Below are positions 39,129-49,548 of a stretch of DNA of 64,000 bases, piece by piece (position 1 is the stretch's first letter; every line of letters begins with the position of its first letter). This DNA comes from Vicinamibacterales bacterium. GTDB lineage: Bacteria > Acidobacteriota > Vicinamibacteria > Vicinamibacterales > 2-12-FULL-66-21. The position numbers were made by a program, and so were the translations under genes. The DNA is taken from positions 626 to 64,625 of the forward strand of contig DATBJJ010000115.1 in the NCBI GenBank assembly GCA_036556425.1, in the 5' to 3' direction. The notes under the pieces are model-generated. The model was not told the DNA's origin, did not search any database, and saw only the letters and a list, made by a program, of their open reading frames with translations.

Positions 39129-41567
39129 ATGGATGCGTTCCTCCAGGATCTGCGGTATGCCGTCCGGATGATCGTGAAGTCTCCCGGCATCACCGCGATC
39201 GCGCTGCTGACGATTGGCGTGGCGACGGGCGCGAACGCGACCGTCTTTGGCTTCGTCAGCGCGCTGCTGCTCCGCCCCGCGCCGGGCGTCGTCGATCCCG
39301 GATCGCTCGTCGCGATCTACACGAGCGACTTCAGCAGCGGACCGTACGGAGATTCGTCGTACCCCGATTATGAGTCGATGAAGGCCGAGTTGACGACGTT
39401 CACGGGAATCGCGGCGCAGCAGGCGAACCCCGCCGGCGTCGTGCAGATAGGCGACAACGTCGAGCGCGTCGGCGTCGCTGCGGTGACCGGGGAATACTTC
39501 GAGCTGCTCGGCGTGAAGCCCACTGCCGGCCGCGTGCTCAGGCCGCAGGACGTTCTCCCCTCCGCGCCGCCGGCGGTCGTGATCGGCCATGCGCTCTGGC
39601 GTCGCACGGGCGCCGACTCGTCGATCCTCGGTCAATCGCTCACGGCGAACGGCGTGATGTACACGATCGTCGGCGTTCTGCCGGAAAAGTTCAGCGGTCT
39701 CGATCTCGGCATCCCGACGCAAGTGTGGCTGCCGCTGATTCCGCCGCCCGCGACGCCGGATGCGCGGGCGGATCGCGGAATCTCGGTCGTCGCGCGGCTG
39801 CGCGCGGGAAAGACCGTCCGCGAAGCGCAGACGCAAGTCGAAGCGCTCGCGAAGCGGCTCGCCGCCGCGTTCCCCGAGACGAACCTCGGGACGCTGCAGG
39901 CGCGGACCGAACCGCGTCCGATGTTCGCGCTGAAACATTCACGGCTGCCGCCGGACTTCAGGCCGATGGTCCAAGCGGTCGGCACGATTCTGATGGGCGC
40001 GGTCGGGCTCGTGCTCGTGATTGCGTGCGCGAACGTCGCGGGTCTGCTCGTCTCGCGCGCGCTCACGCGCGATCGCGAGATGGCCGTGAGGCTCGCGCTC
40101 GGCGCGGGGCGGTCGCGGATCGTGCGGCAGCTCCTGACCGAGAGCCTCGTGCTCGGGCTCGGCGGCGGCTTCTGCGGTTTGCTGCTCGCGCTGTGGACCG
40201 CCGACGTCCTTCCGTCGTTCTTCCCTGCCGAGCAGGCGCAGATGCTCGACACATCCGTCGACGTCAGAACGATCGCCTTCATCGCCGCGATCTCGATCGC
40301 GAGCAGCCTGCTCTTCGGCATTGCGCCCGCGCTTCAGGCCTCGAGCGCGTCGACGGCGTTGTCGCATCGCGCGACGAGCGGCCGCACGTCGGATGGGCGC
40401 GGCGGCGCGCGTCTGCGCCGCGTGCTCGTCGCGGGCCAGGTCGCAGCCGCCGTCGTCCTCCTCGTCGCGTCGGGACTGCTCGTCAAGAGCCTCGCGAACG
40501 CGCTCGAAGCGGATCTCGGATTCGGCACGCGCGAGGGCGTCATCGCGACCGCCGAGCTCCCCTCCACCATGCCCGAAGCGCAGGGGCAGCAGTACTTCGC
40601 GAGCCTGCTCGAGCGCGTGCGCGGGATGTCCGGCGTTCGCGCCGCCGGCCTCGTCCGCGATCTGCCGCTGACGCGATCGTCGCGGCGCGTGTTTCGCATA
40701 GAAGGCTACACGCCGAAGCCGAACGAGGACATGGAGCTCGTGATCAACGTCGCGTCCGAAGGCTACTTCGAGACGATGCAGATTCCGCTGCGCGCCGGGC
40801 GGACGTTCGACGCCCGCGATCGCGGCAGCGCGCCGGCGGTCGTCATCGTCAACGATCAGCTCGCCAACCGTTTCTTCGGCGGCGACGCGCTCGGCAAGCG
40901 CCTGACCGAATTCTCGGGCCGCCCGCTGGAAATCGTCGGCGTCGTGCAGTCGCACAAATACTTGACCGTTCAGGAGCCGTCCGTCGCGACGGTCTACTAT
41001 CCGCTCGCACAAGAGCACCGTCTGCGGATGACGCTCGTCGCGCGCGTGGACGGCGCGCCGCTCAGCCGCGTCGATTCGATCCGGAGGATGATGGCATCGG
41101 TCGATCCGAAGATCCCGGTGGATCGCGCGATGCTCTTGTCGAAGCACTTCGACGAGTCGGTGGCCGCCGATCGGCTCACCGCGTCATTGGTCGCGCTCTG
41201 CGGCGGTATGGCGCTGCTGCTCGCGACGCTTGGCGTGTACGGAGTGATCGCCTACGCCGTCGTTCGGCGCTCGCGCGAGATCGGCATCCGGGTCGCACTG
41301 GGCGCACGCGCGCCGGATGTGTTTCGTCTGATTCTCGCCGAAGGCTTGGGCGTCACCAGCCTTGGCGTGTCACTCGGACTCGTGGCGGCCGCGCTCACCG
41401 CTCAAGGGATCGGATCGCTGACGCCGCTCTACCGCGTCGGCGCGACGGATCCGCTGACGTACGCGGTCGTGCCCGCGCTCCTCCTGAGCGTGGCGCTCCT
41501 CGCCGCGCTTCCTCCCGCGCGCCGTGCGCTGCGGCTCGATCCGATTTCGGTGTTGAGGCAGGAATAG
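39129..41567 (+). CDS. ADOP-type duplicated MacB/FtsX ABC permease
   Basis: MDAFLQDLRYAVR, GANATVF, IACANVAGLL, GVYGVIAY..RSREIGIRVALGA, PARRALRLDP. Confidence 0.9.
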   Translation: MDAFLQDLRYAVRMIVKSPGITAIALLTIGVATGANATVFGFVSALLLRPAPGVVDPGSLVAIYTSDFSSGPYGDSSYPDYESMKAELTTFTGIAAQQANPAGVVQIGDNVERVGVAAVTGEYFELLGVKPTAGRVLRPQDVLPSAPPAVVIGHALWRRTGADSSILGQSLTANGVMYTIVGVLPEKFSGLDLGIPTQVWLPLIPPPATPDARADRGISVVARLRAGKTVREAQTQVEALAKRLAAAFPETNLGTLQARTEPRPMFALKHSRLPPDFRPMVQAVGTILMGAVGLVLVIACANVAGLLVSRALTRDREMAVRLALGAGRSRIVRQLLTESLVLGLGGGFCGLLLALWTADVLPSFFPAEQAQMLDTSVDVRTIAFIAAISIASSLLFGIAPALQASSASTALSHRATSGRTSDGRGGARLRRVLVAGQVAAAVVLLVASGLLVKSLANALEADLGFGTREGVIATAELPSTMPEAQGQQYFASLLERVRGMSGVRAAGLVRDLPLTRSSRRVFRIEGYTPKPNEDMELVINVASEGYFETMQIPLRAGRTFDARDRGSAPAVVIVNDQLANRFFGGDALGKRLTEFSGRPLEIVGVVQSHKYLTVQEPSVATVYYPLAQEHRLRMTLVARVDGAPLSRVDSIRRMMASVDPKIPVDRAMLLSKHFDESVAADRLTASLVALCGGMALLLATLGVYGVIAYAVVRRSREIGIRVALGARAPDVFRLILAEGLGVTSLGVSLGLVAAALTAQGIGSLTPLYRVGATDPLTYAVVPALLLSVALLAALPPARRALRLDPISVLRQE

Positions 41568-41743
41568 CGCCGCGGTCCGCAGTCCGCTGCCCGCGGTCCA
41601 AAAACTCGGGGAACAGCGTCGCCGTCCGCAGTCCGCTGCCCGCGGTCCGAAAACCCGGGGAAGAGCGTCGCGGTCCGCAATCCGCTGCTCGCGGTCCGAA
41701 ACCCGGGGAAGAGCGTCGCGGTCCGCGGACAGCGGACAGCGGA
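41568..41743. repeat. Three ~49-bp tandem repeats built from GTCCGC heptamers, ending in GCGGACA units
   Basis: gcgtcgcggtccgcagtccgctgcccgcggtccgaaaacccggggaaga x3 with few mismatches. Confidence 0.85.
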
Positions 41744-41744
41744 A

Positions 41745-42905
41745 CTAGTTCAATTTCCTGAGCACAAAACACTTCAAGTAGTAAGTCTCCGGCACCGTCA
41801 TGAGAATCGGATGATCGCGCGCCTGCGTCCGCTTTTCGACGACGGCGACGTCGGCGTGTGCGTCGACGGCGGCGGAGGCGAGGACGTCGGCGAACATCGC
41901 TTCCGAGACGTTGTACGAACAGCTGCACGTAACGAGAAATCCTCCGGCGTTGAGCAGCTTCAGCGCGCGAAGATTGATCTCCTTGTAGCCGGACAGCGCC
42001 TTCGGCACGGCCGCTTTGTTCTTGGCGAACGCCGGCGGATCGAGCACGATCGTGTCGAACCGCTCGCCGCGGCGCTCGAGCTCGCGCAGCTCGTCGAACA
42101 CGTTCATGGAATGAGCCTCGACGTTCGACAGAGAGTTTCGCGCCGCGTTTGCCTTGATACGCGCGACCGCATCGTCCGAGATATCGACGGCGAGCACGCT
42201 GCTGCACACCGGCGCGAGCGCGAGCGCGAACCCGCCGTTGTAGCTGAACGCGTCGAGCGCGCGGCCGTGCGCGTACGTTGCCGCTGCGACGCGGTTCTCT
42301 CGCTGATCGAGAAACAATCCCGTCTTCTGTCCGCGATACGGATCGACCAGATACGACGCGCGCCCCTCGCGGACTTCAATCGTATCGGGCACGGTTCCGT
42401 GAACGACCTCGACGCGCTGCTCGAGCCCCTCGAGCAGACGCACACGCGGATCGTTTCTCGCGAGGATCCCCGCGGGCTTCCAGCGCTCGACGAGAAGCGG
42501 CACGAGATCGGGAAGCAGACGGTCCACGCCTTGGACGAGCGCCTGAACCACCAGATAGTCACCGTACTTGTCGACGACGAGCCCCGGGAGGCGATCGCCT
42601 TCGGCGTGCACGAGTCGATACGCGGTCGCGTCGATCCCAAGCATGTCGCGATAGGCGGCCGCCGCCGCCAACCGCTCGCGCCACGTGTCGATCGTCGGCG
42701 CGTCCCCGCTCCGGCTGAACATGCGCAGCGAGATCTCGGATCGATCGCTGTAGAGCGCATATCCCAGCGGCGCTTTCCGGCGGCCCGTCACGCGTACGAT
42801 CTGTCCGCGCTCGGCGCTCACCTCGACGACGTCGCTGCGATACACCCAGGGATGTCCGTTGCGAATACGCTCTTCGCCTTTTGGCGCGATGGAGACGGTG
42901 GCCAT
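41745..42905 (-). CDS. RlmI/RlmK-family SAM-dependent rRNA methyltransferase with PUA domain
   Basis: GHPWVY, EGDRLPGLVVD, GQKTGLFLDQR, LDPPAF, TCSCS, YLK. Confidence 0.9.
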   Translation of the reverse strand: MATVSIAPKGEERIRNGHPWVYRSDVVEVSAERGQIVRVTGRRKAPLGYALYSDRSEISLRMFSRSGDAPTIDTWRERLAAAAAYRDMLGIDATAYRLVHAEGDRLPGLVVDKYGDYLVVQALVQGVDRLLPDLVPLLVERWKPAGILARNDPRVRLLEGLEQRVEVVHGTVPDTIEVREGRASYLVDPYRGQKTGLFLDQRENRVAAATYAHGRALDAFSYNGGFALALAPVCSSVLAVDISDDAVARIKANAARNSLSNVEAHSMNVFDELRELERRGERFDTIVLDPPAFAKNKAAVPKALSGYKEINLRALKLLNAGGFLVTCSCSYNVSEAMFADVLASAAVDAHADVAVVEKRTQARDHPILMTVPETYYLKCFVLRKLN

Positions 42906-42912
42906 TGTTCTT

Positions 42913-43038
42913 AGCTTCCAGCTTCCAGCTTCCAGCTGCCAGCCAAAACCTTCCGATCTTAAATCCCTCGCGTTGATCGGAAAAGCCGGAAGCTACGAAC
43001 TGGAAGCCGGAAACTGGAAGCTGGGAACTGGAAGCTGG
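42913..43038. repeat. Inverted heptamer array (AGCTTCC x4 / GGAAGCT-like x7)
   Basis: Arms read directly; inner TTCCGATC..GATCGGAA also pair; ends at TATAAT of rpiB. Confidence 0.82.
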
Positions 43039-43053
43039 TTATAATCGTCTGCC

Positions 43054-43518
43054 ATGCGCATTGCGATCGGATCGGACCACGCGGGCTTTGCGCTCAAACA
43101 GCATCTGATCGCGACCCTCGCGCGCCTCGGTCACGAGATCGAGGATTGCGGGACGCACTCCGAGGATCCTCCCGTGGACTATCCGCCGATCTGCGCCGAG
43201 GTCGGACGCCGCGTCGCCGACGGCCGCGCCGATCGCGGCGTCGTGCTCGGCGGCAGCGGGCAAGGCGAGCAGATCGCCGCGAACAAGGTGCTGGGCGTCC
43301 GGGCTGCGCTCTGCAACGATCTCTTCACCGCGCGCCTGTCCCGTCAGCACAACGACGCCAACGTCCTCGCCATGGGCGGCCGCATCGTCGGCCCCGGTCT
43401 CGCCGACGAGATCCTCACGATCTGGTTGACGACCGCGTTCGAAGGCGGACGTCATCAGAGGCGCCTCGATCAGATTGCCGAGATCGAGGCGGGCAGAGTC
43501 CAAGCCTTCGAACGCTGA
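43054..43518 (+). CDS. rpiB: Ribose-5-phosphate isomerase B
   Basis: GSDHAG, DYP, GGSGQGE (non-Cys type), ANKV.GVRA, HNDANVL, FEGGRHQRR. Confidence 0.95.
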   Translation: MRIAIGSDHAGFALKQHLIATLARLGHEIEDCGTHSEDPPVDYPPICAEVGRRVADGRADRGVVLGGSGQGEQIAANKVLGVRAALCNDLFTARLSRQHNDANVLAMGGRIVGPGLADEILTIWLTTAFEGGRHQRRLDQIAEIEAGRVQAFER

Positions 43519-43553
43519 ACCCGTGAACCCGTGAACCCGTGAACCCTGAACCG
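43516..43553. repeat. Octamer tandem repeat TGAACCCG x5 filling the rpiB-glyA spacer
   Basis: First unit begins with the rpiB TGA stop. Confidence 0.85.
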
Positions 43554-43555
43554 TC

Positions 43556-44827
43556 ATGCCAATACAAGCCCCTTCGCGCTGGCGATCGCTGACCGATACC
43601 GATCCCGACATCGCGGCCGCAATCTCGCACGAGCTCCATCGTCAGAACAACGGGCTCGAGCTCATCGCGTCCGAGAACTTCGTGAGTCAGGCCGTCCTCG
43701 ACGCGGCCGGATCCGTGCTCACGAACAAATACGCCGAAGGTTACCCGGGAAAGCGGTACTACGGCGGCTGCGAGTTCGTCGACATCGCCGAAACGCTCGC
43801 CATCTCGCGCGCGAAGGAACTGTTCGGCGCGGAGCACGTCAACGTCCAGCCGCATTCCGGCGCGCAGGCCAACATGGCGGTCTACATGACGCTCCTGAAG
43901 CCGGGCGACACGGTGCTCGGCATGAACCTGGCGCACGGCGGCCACTTGACCCACGGCCATCCGCTGAACTTTTCAGGAAAGCTGTACACGATCGTTCCGT
44001 ACGGCGTCCGCAAAGACGACGAGCGGATCGACTATGACGAGTTCGAGCGGCTCGCGCACGAGCACAAGCCGAAGATGATCATGGTCGGCGCGAGCGCGTA
44101 TCCTCGCGTGTTCGACTTCGAGCGCATCGCAAGAGTCGGCCGCGACGTCGCCACGCCGATCGTTACGGACATGGCCCACTTCGCGGGACTCGTGGCGGCG
44201 AAGATTCATCCGAGCCCCGTCCCTCACTCGGATTTCGTGACGACCACGACGCACAAGACTCTCCGCGGACCGCGCGGCGGGATGGTGATGTGCCGGACGC
44301 AGCACGCCAAGGACGTCGACCGATCGGTGTTCCCCGGCGTGCAAGGCGGACCGCTGATGCACATCATCGCGGCGAAAGCCGTCTGCTTCAAGGAAGCGTT
44401 GGAGCCGGGCTTCGTCGACTATCAGAAGCAGATCGTCTCGAACGCGCGGCGGCTTGCCGAGGCGTTGACGGCCGGCGGTTTCCGCCTCGTCAGCGGCGGC
44501 ACCGACAATCACCTGATGCTCGTCGACGTGTTCTCGAAAGGGCTGACCGGCAAGGTCGCCGAAGCGGCGCTCGGAAAAGCCGCGATCACCGTCAACAAGA
44601 ACGCGATTCCGTTCGATCAGAATCCGCCGATGGTCGCGAGCGGCATCCGCGTCGGAACGCCTGCCGTCACCTCGCGCGGGATGCGCGAGCCGGAGATGGA
44701 TCTGATCGCCGAGTACATCGGGCGCGTGCTTGCCGCTCCCGACGATGATCGCGTGGCCGAGGCCGTCCGCGAAAAGGTTGAAGCGTTGTGCCGGAAGTTC
44801 CCTCTGTATCCCGAGTCGCAGAGCTGA
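43556..44827 (+). CDS. glyA: Serine hydroxymethyltransferase
   Basis: [42 protein letters not shown]. Confidence 0.98.
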   Translation: MPIQAPSRWRSLTDTDPDIAAAISHELHRQNNGLELIASENFVSQAVLDAAGSVLTNKYAEGYPGKRYYGGCEFVDIAETLAISRAKELFGAEHVNVQPHSGAQANMAVYMTLLKPGDTVLGMNLAHGGHLTHGHPLNFSGKLYTIVPYGVRKDDERIDYDEFERLAHEHKPKMIMVGASAYPRVFDFERIARVGRDVATPIVTDMAHFAGLVAAKIHPSPVPHSDFVTTTTHKTLRGPRGGMVMCRTQHAKDVDRSVFPGVQGGPLMHIIAAKAVCFKEALEPGFVDYQKQIVSNARRLAEALTAGGFRLVSGGTDNHLMLVDVFSKGLTGKVAEAALGKAAITVNKNAIPFDQNPPMVASGIRVGTPAVTSRGMREPEMDLIAEYIGRVLAAPDDDRVAEAVREKVEALCRKFPLYPESQS

Positions 44828-46788
44828 GCGACGCGTCGAGCGCCGCGTTCGCGTCCGACGGTCCTCTCGCGCGCGTGCTCGAGGGCTACGAGCCGCGCCC
44901 CGCGCAGCTCGAGATGGCGGCCGCCGTCGCGTCGGTGCTGTCGAGCCGCGGCGTGCTCCTCGTCGAAGCCGGAACCGGCACGGGCAAGACGCTCGCCTAC
45001 CTCGTTCCCGCGATTCTGAGCCGGCAGCGCGTGCTCGTCTCGACGGGCACGAAGAACCTGCAGGAGCAGATCTTCTTCAAGGATCTTCCGGTCCTTCGCG
45101 AAGCGCTCGGTGTCCCCTTCACCGCAACGTGCATGAAGGGGCGTGGAAATTACCTCTGCCTCCATCGCTTCGAAGCGTTCCGCGAGTCGCCCGCCATCCG
45201 ATCGTTCGACGAGACGACACAACTGCGAATCCTGGAACACTGGGTACAGGATACCGAGACCGGCGATCGCGCCGAGGTGGACGACCTGCCCGAGGATCTG
45301 CCGTTCTGGAACGACATCGCCGCGACGACCGAGAACTGCATCGGCGCCGAGTGCCCGCGCTACGCCGACTGCTTCGTCGTTCGCATGCGCCAGCGCGCCG
45401 CGGAATCGGACGTGGTGATCGTCAACCATCACTTGCTGTGCGCGGATGCCGCCGTGCGCCAGAGCACGTTCGGCGAGGTGATCCCGCGGTGCGGCACCGC
45501 GATCGTCGACGAAGCGCATCAGCTCGAGGACGTCGCGACGCAGTATTTCGGCCTGTCCGTGAGCAACTATCGTCTCGACGAGCTCGCGCGCGACGTCGAC
45601 CGCGCGACGAGCGCGGGCCTCGTCGCCGACGCCGAGCGCCGCCTCGAGATGGTCCAGGACGCTCAGCGAATCCGTCAGGACGCGCGGCTCCTGTTCTCGG
45701 CCGTCCACATGATCAGGTTCGACGTGCCGAACGCGAGAGGCGCGGAATCGCGCGTACGCGTGAAGCCGTCGGATCTCGCACGGGTCGCCGAGGAAGGCGC
45801 CGCCGTCGTCTCGGCGCTCGAAGCGCTCGAAGCGGACGTCGCGCTCGCGAAGGACGTTCCGGAAGACGTGATCGCGCTCGGCCGGCGCGCGTCGGAGATC
45901 AGGGACGATCTGAAGTTTCTCCTGCGCGCGAACGATCCCGGATACGTCTTCTTTCTCGAGACTCGAGGGCGCGGCACGTTCCTGCGCGCCTCGCCCATCG
46001 ACGTCTCTTCGACGATCAGAGATCTGTTGATCGATCGGATGGACGCGACCGTGCTGACGTCCGCCACGCTCACGGTGGACGACTCGTTCGACTACGTGCG
46101 GGGACGGCTGGGCGTCACGCGCGCCACCGAGCTGAAGCTCGATTCGGAGTTCGATTACCGCAGGCAATCGATTCTGTATTTGCCGAGGCGCATTCCCGAT
46201 CCGCGCCAGCCGGATTTCGTTGCGGCGGCCGCGCGCGAGATCGTCAGCATCCTGCAGCGGACGTCGGGTCGCGCGTTCGTGCTGTTCACGAGCTACGCGA
46301 ACCTGCGCGAGGTGCACCGGCTCGCGTCGACCGAGCTCGAGTTTCCGATTCTCGTTCAAGGAACCGCGCCGCGATCGGCGCTGCTCCGCGACTTCAAGGC
46401 CACGCCGAACGCCGTGCTGCTCGCGACGTCCTCCTTCTGGCAAGGCGTCGACGTCGTCGGCGAAGCCTTGAGCTGCGTGATCATCGACAAGCTGCCGTTC
46501 GCGTCGCCCGGCGATCCGATCACCGCGGCGCGCGTGGAAGCCATCGGCGCGCGCGGCGGGTCCGCGTTCGGCGAGTACCAGATCCCGCTCGCGATCCTCG
46601 CGCTCAAACAAGGCCTCGGCCGCCTGCTGCGTCATCGTCAGGATCGCGGCGTCCTGGCGGTGCTCGATCCGCGCCTCAAGACGATGGGATACGGGCGGCG
46701 CTTTCTCGCGTCGCTGCCGCCGGCGCCGGTCACGCAGGACCTTGGGGACATCGCGCGGTTCTTCGACGCTGCAACCGATGACGCGTAA
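44788..46788 (+). CDS. ATP-dependent DNA helicase, DinG/YoaA family (start uncertain)
   Basis: [21 protein letters not shown], Fe-S cysteines, [23 protein letters not shown]. Confidence 0.92.
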   Translation: MPEVPSVSRVAELSDASSAAFASDGPLARVLEGYEPRPAQLEMAAAVASVLSSRGVLLVEAGTGTGKTLAYLVPAILSRQRVLVSTGTKNLQEQIFFKDLPVLREALGVPFTATCMKGRGNYLCLHRFEAFRESPAIRSFDETTQLRILEHWVQDTETGDRAEVDDLPEDLPFWNDIAATTENCIGAECPRYADCFVVRMRQRAAESDVVIVNHHLLCADAAVRQSTFGEVIPRCGTAIVDEAHQLEDVATQYFGLSVSNYRLDELARDVDRATSAGLVADAERRLEMVQDAQRIRQDARLLFSAVHMIRFDVPNARGAESRVRVKPSDLARVAEEGAAVVSALEALEADVALAKDVPEDVIALGRRASEIRDDLKFLLRANDPGYVFFLETRGRGTFLRASPIDVSSTIRDLLIDRMDATVLTSATLTVDDSFDYVRGRLGVTRATELKLDSEFDYRRQSILYLPRRIPDPRQPDFVAAAAREIVSILQRTSGRAFVLFTSYANLREVHRLASTELEFPILVQGTAPRSALLRDFKATPNAVLLATSSFWQGVDVVGEALSCVIIDKLPFASPGDPITAARVEAIGARGGSAFGEYQIPLAILALKQGLGRLLRHRQDRGVLAVLDPRLKTMGYGRRFLASLPPAPVTQDLGDIARFFDAATDDA

Positions 46789-47716
46789 GATCGCGACCGA
46801 CGCCGCCCGCGACGGAGTGAAGCCCATTCTCAAATGGGCGGGCGGCAAGCGGCAGCTCCTGCCGCGGCTGCGCCGCTACTATCCGCGCAGCTTCGATCGG
46901 TACGTCGAGCCGTTCCTTGGAAGCGGCGCGGTCTTTCTCGATTGCCACAATCACGGCCTGCTCGAGTCGCGCGAGGTTCGGCTCTCGGACATCAACGCCG
47001 ACGTGATCGGATGCTATCGGATGGTTCGCGACAGCGTGGACGAGGTGATCGACGCGCTGGAGGCCCTCGACGCGGGGCATCGCCAGGATGGACCGCGCCA
47101 CTTCTACTCGGTGCGCGACGATCAGTTCAACTCCCTGCGGCGCAGCGTGCACGCGGCGGAGAATCCGGCCGAACGCTACACGCCGGCGCTCGCGGCGATG
47201 CTCATTTATCTCAACCGCACGGGATACAACGGCCTCTTCCGCGTGAATTCGCGCGGCGCGTTCAACGTTCCGGCGGGTCGGTACTCGTCGGTGACGATCT
47301 GCGACGCGCCAAACCTGCGGCGCCTGGCGCGCGCGCTCCGGCGTCCGGGATTGACGCTCGACGTGCGCGGCTTCGAGCTCGCGCTCGCCGGCGCGGGCGC
47401 GGGAGATTTCGTCTATCTCGATCCGCCGTATGCGCCCGTGAGCCGCACGTCGCATTTCACCTCGTATACCGCAGGGCGCTTCGGCCCGGAGGAGCAAGCG
47501 CGGCTGCAGCGGGCGGTCGTGACGCTCGCGCAAAACGGGGCGGCCGTGCTGCTGAGCAATTCCGTCGCGCCGGACATCCGCCGGCTGTATGCCGAGGACA
47601 CCGCCGCGCGCTCGGCGGGCCTGCGGACGACGACGGTGCCGGCACGGCGAGCCATCAATTCGCGCGCGTCGCGCCGCGGCGCGGTACGCGAGTACCTCAT
47701 CACGAACATCGTGTAA
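46778..47716 (+). CDS. dam: Dam-family N6-adenine DNA methyltransferase (orphan)
   Basis: KWAGGK, EPFLGSGAV, NGLFRVNSRGAFNVPAG, YLDPPY. Confidence 0.88.
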   Translation: MTRKIATDAARDGVKPILKWAGGKRQLLPRLRRYYPRSFDRYVEPFLGSGAVFLDCHNHGLLESREVRLSDINADVIGCYRMVRDSVDEVIDALEALDAGHRQDGPRHFYSVRDDQFNSLRRSVHAAENPAERYTPALAAMLIYLNRTGYNGLFRVNSRGAFNVPAGRYSSVTICDAPNLRRLARALRRPGLTLDVRGFELALAGAGAGDFVYLDPPYAPVSRTSHFTSYTAGRFGPEEQARLQRAVVTLAQNGAAVLLSNSVAPDIRRLYAEDTAARSAGLRTTTVPARRAINSRASRRGAVREYLITNIV

Positions 47717-47791
47717 ACTGAACCAGCGTTTATCGAAGGAATTCGTACGTACGCTCAATTCAGCGATTCAGGACCAGGACGGAGGTTCGTC

Positions 47792-48784
47792 ATGAAAACC
47801 GCTCGCATCCGCAGAGCCTCGATCGCACTCCGGCTGGCGGTTGGCGCGTTCGTGCTCGTCGCCTGTGCGACCGTCGGCCACGCGCAGACCGGCCGCCTCA
47901 AGGGCAAGGTCGTGGACGCCAACAACAAACCGGTTGAAGGCGCCACGGTCGTGATGGAGAGCAAGGAGATGAACCGGAAGTTCACCACCAAGACCGACCG
48001 CCGTGGTGAGTACACCCACTTCCTGGCGCCCGGGCCCTATGTGGTGACCGTGACGAAGGACAGCCTCAGCCAGACGCAGGAGACCCGCGTCAGCATCGAC
48101 GAGAAGGAGTTGAACTTCACGCTTCGGCCGGGCGGCGGCGGGGGCGGCGCGGGTCCGTCGGACGCCGATCGCAAGAAGATGGAAGCCGAGATGGCCGCGG
48201 TGAAAACGGCGTTCGAGGCGGGCGTGGCCGCCGACCGCGCGGGCAACTACGACGAGGCGATTGCGAAGTTCAACGAGGTCGCCGTCAAGCTCCCGAAGTG
48301 CACCGAGTGCTACGCCAACATCGGCTCGATTCACATGCGGAAGAAGGAATACGAGCTCGCCGAAGCGGCTTACAAGAAAGCCATCGACGCGAATCCGAAT
48401 TCCGGCGAGGCGTACATGGGTCTGGCGAACGCGTACAACGCGCAGCGCAAGTTCGATCTCGCGACCGAGGCGGGCGCCACGGCCAACAAGCTGATGGGCA
48501 GCGGCACGGCAGGAGCGGCGGGCGGCGCGAGCGCGGGCGCGGTCTTCAATCAGGGCGTGATCGCATGGAACGCGGGGAAGATCCCCGACGCGCAGAAGCT
48601 CTTCGAGCAGGCCGTCACCCTGGATCCGAAGCTCGCCGACGCGCACTATTGGCTCGGCATGGCGAACGTGAACCAGGGCAAGCTCCCCGAGGCGGTGAAG
48701 TCGTTCGAGGAATACCTGAAGCTCGACGCCAAGGGGCAGTACGCGGAGCAGGCGAAGAGCATGCTCGCGGCCATCAAGAAATAG
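47792..48784 (+). CDS. Secreted carboxypeptidase-regulatory-like domain plus TPR protein
   Basis: Signal peptide, GRLKGKVVD..PVEGATV..TD..GEY..PGPYVVTV, then TPR repeats; SD GGAGG. Confidence 0.82.
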   Translation: MKTARIRRASIALRLAVGAFVLVACATVGHAQTGRLKGKVVDANNKPVEGATVVMESKEMNRKFTTKTDRRGEYTHFLAPGPYVVTVTKDSLSQTQETRVSIDEKELNFTLRPGGGGGGAGPSDADRKKMEAEMAAVKTAFEAGVAADRAGNYDEAIAKFNEVAVKLPKCTECYANIGSIHMRKKEYELAEAAYKKAIDANPNSGEAYMGLANAYNAQRKFDLATEAGATANKLMGSGTAGAAGGASAGAVFNQGVIAWNAGKIPDAQKLFEQAVTLDPKLADAHYWLGMANVNQGKLPEAVKSFEEYLKLDAKGQYAEQAKSMLAAIKK

Positions 48785-48794
48785 TTGTTGGTTC

Positions 48795-49517
48795 TTGTCT
48801 GCGATTGCCGACCGGCTTGCTGAGGTTCGATCGCGGATCGCGGGCGCGGCCCGGCGGTCGGGCCGGTCGCCGGCGGACGTGACGCTGGTCGCGGTATCGA
48901 AGACGTTCGAGGCCGATCGCGTCCGCGAGGCGTATGCGGCCGGTCAACGGGAATTCGGCGAGAACAAAGTGCAGGAGGGCCTGCAGAAAAGCGCTGCAAC
49001 GGCCGATATTCCGATCGCCTGGCATCTCATCGGCCACGTGCAGTCGAACAAGGCGAAGAAGGCGGCCGTCGCGTTCGCGTGGATTCAGTCGGTGGACTCG
49101 ATCGATCTGCTCGAGCGGTTGGACGCCGCGGCGGCCGAGCGTCCGGCGGCAAGCGGAACGCTCGAGGTGCTCGTCCAGATCGACCTTGCGGGTGAGGCCA
49201 CGAAGTTCGGCGCGCCGCCGGACGAGGCCGAGCGCATCGTGCGCGCGGCGCTCGAGGCGCGCCACGTGCGGTTGTCCGGATTGATGCTGCTGCCGCCCTG
49301 GAGCGCCGATCCGGAAGAGTCGCGGCCCTGGTTCGCGCGCGTGCGTCAGTTCCGCGATCGCCTCGTCGACGAAGGCGTGCCCGCCGCGTCGCTGCGGCAC
49401 TTGTCGATGGGCATGAGCCACGACTACGAGGCCGCCATCGAGGAAGGATCGACGATCGTTCGCGTCGGCACGGCCATCTTCGGCGCGCGGCCGCCGACGC
49501 ATCGCGCGCCCGAGTAG
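48795..49517 (+). CDS. yggS: PLP homeostasis protein YggS
   Basis: LVAVSK, FGENKVQE, WHLIGHVQSNK, LSMGMSHDY, VRVGTAIFG. Confidence 0.95.
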   Translation: MSAIADRLAEVRSRIAGAARRSGRSPADVTLVAVSKTFEADRVREAYAAGQREFGENKVQEGLQKSAATADIPIAWHLIGHVQSNKAKKAAVAFAWIQSVDSIDLLERLDAAAAERPAASGTLEVLVQIDLAGEATKFGAPPDEAERIVRAALEARHVRLSGLMLLPPWSADPEESRPWFARVRQFRDRLVDEGVPAASLRHLSMGMSHDYEAAIEEGSTIVRVGTAIFGARPPTHRAPE

Positions 49518-49548
49518 CGCCCAACGCTCAGACCGGAAGCGAGGACCC

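Noticed and set aside
41568..41743. Possible CRISPR array
   Set aside because: Units are contiguous near-identical 49-mers with no unique spacers, and there are no cas genes in the window.
44788..47716. DinG plus methyltransferase as a defence system (type IV CRISPR or restriction-modification)
   Set aside because: No cas genes or nuclease nearby, composition matches the core genome, and the genes are embedded in the rpiB-glyA housekeeping run.
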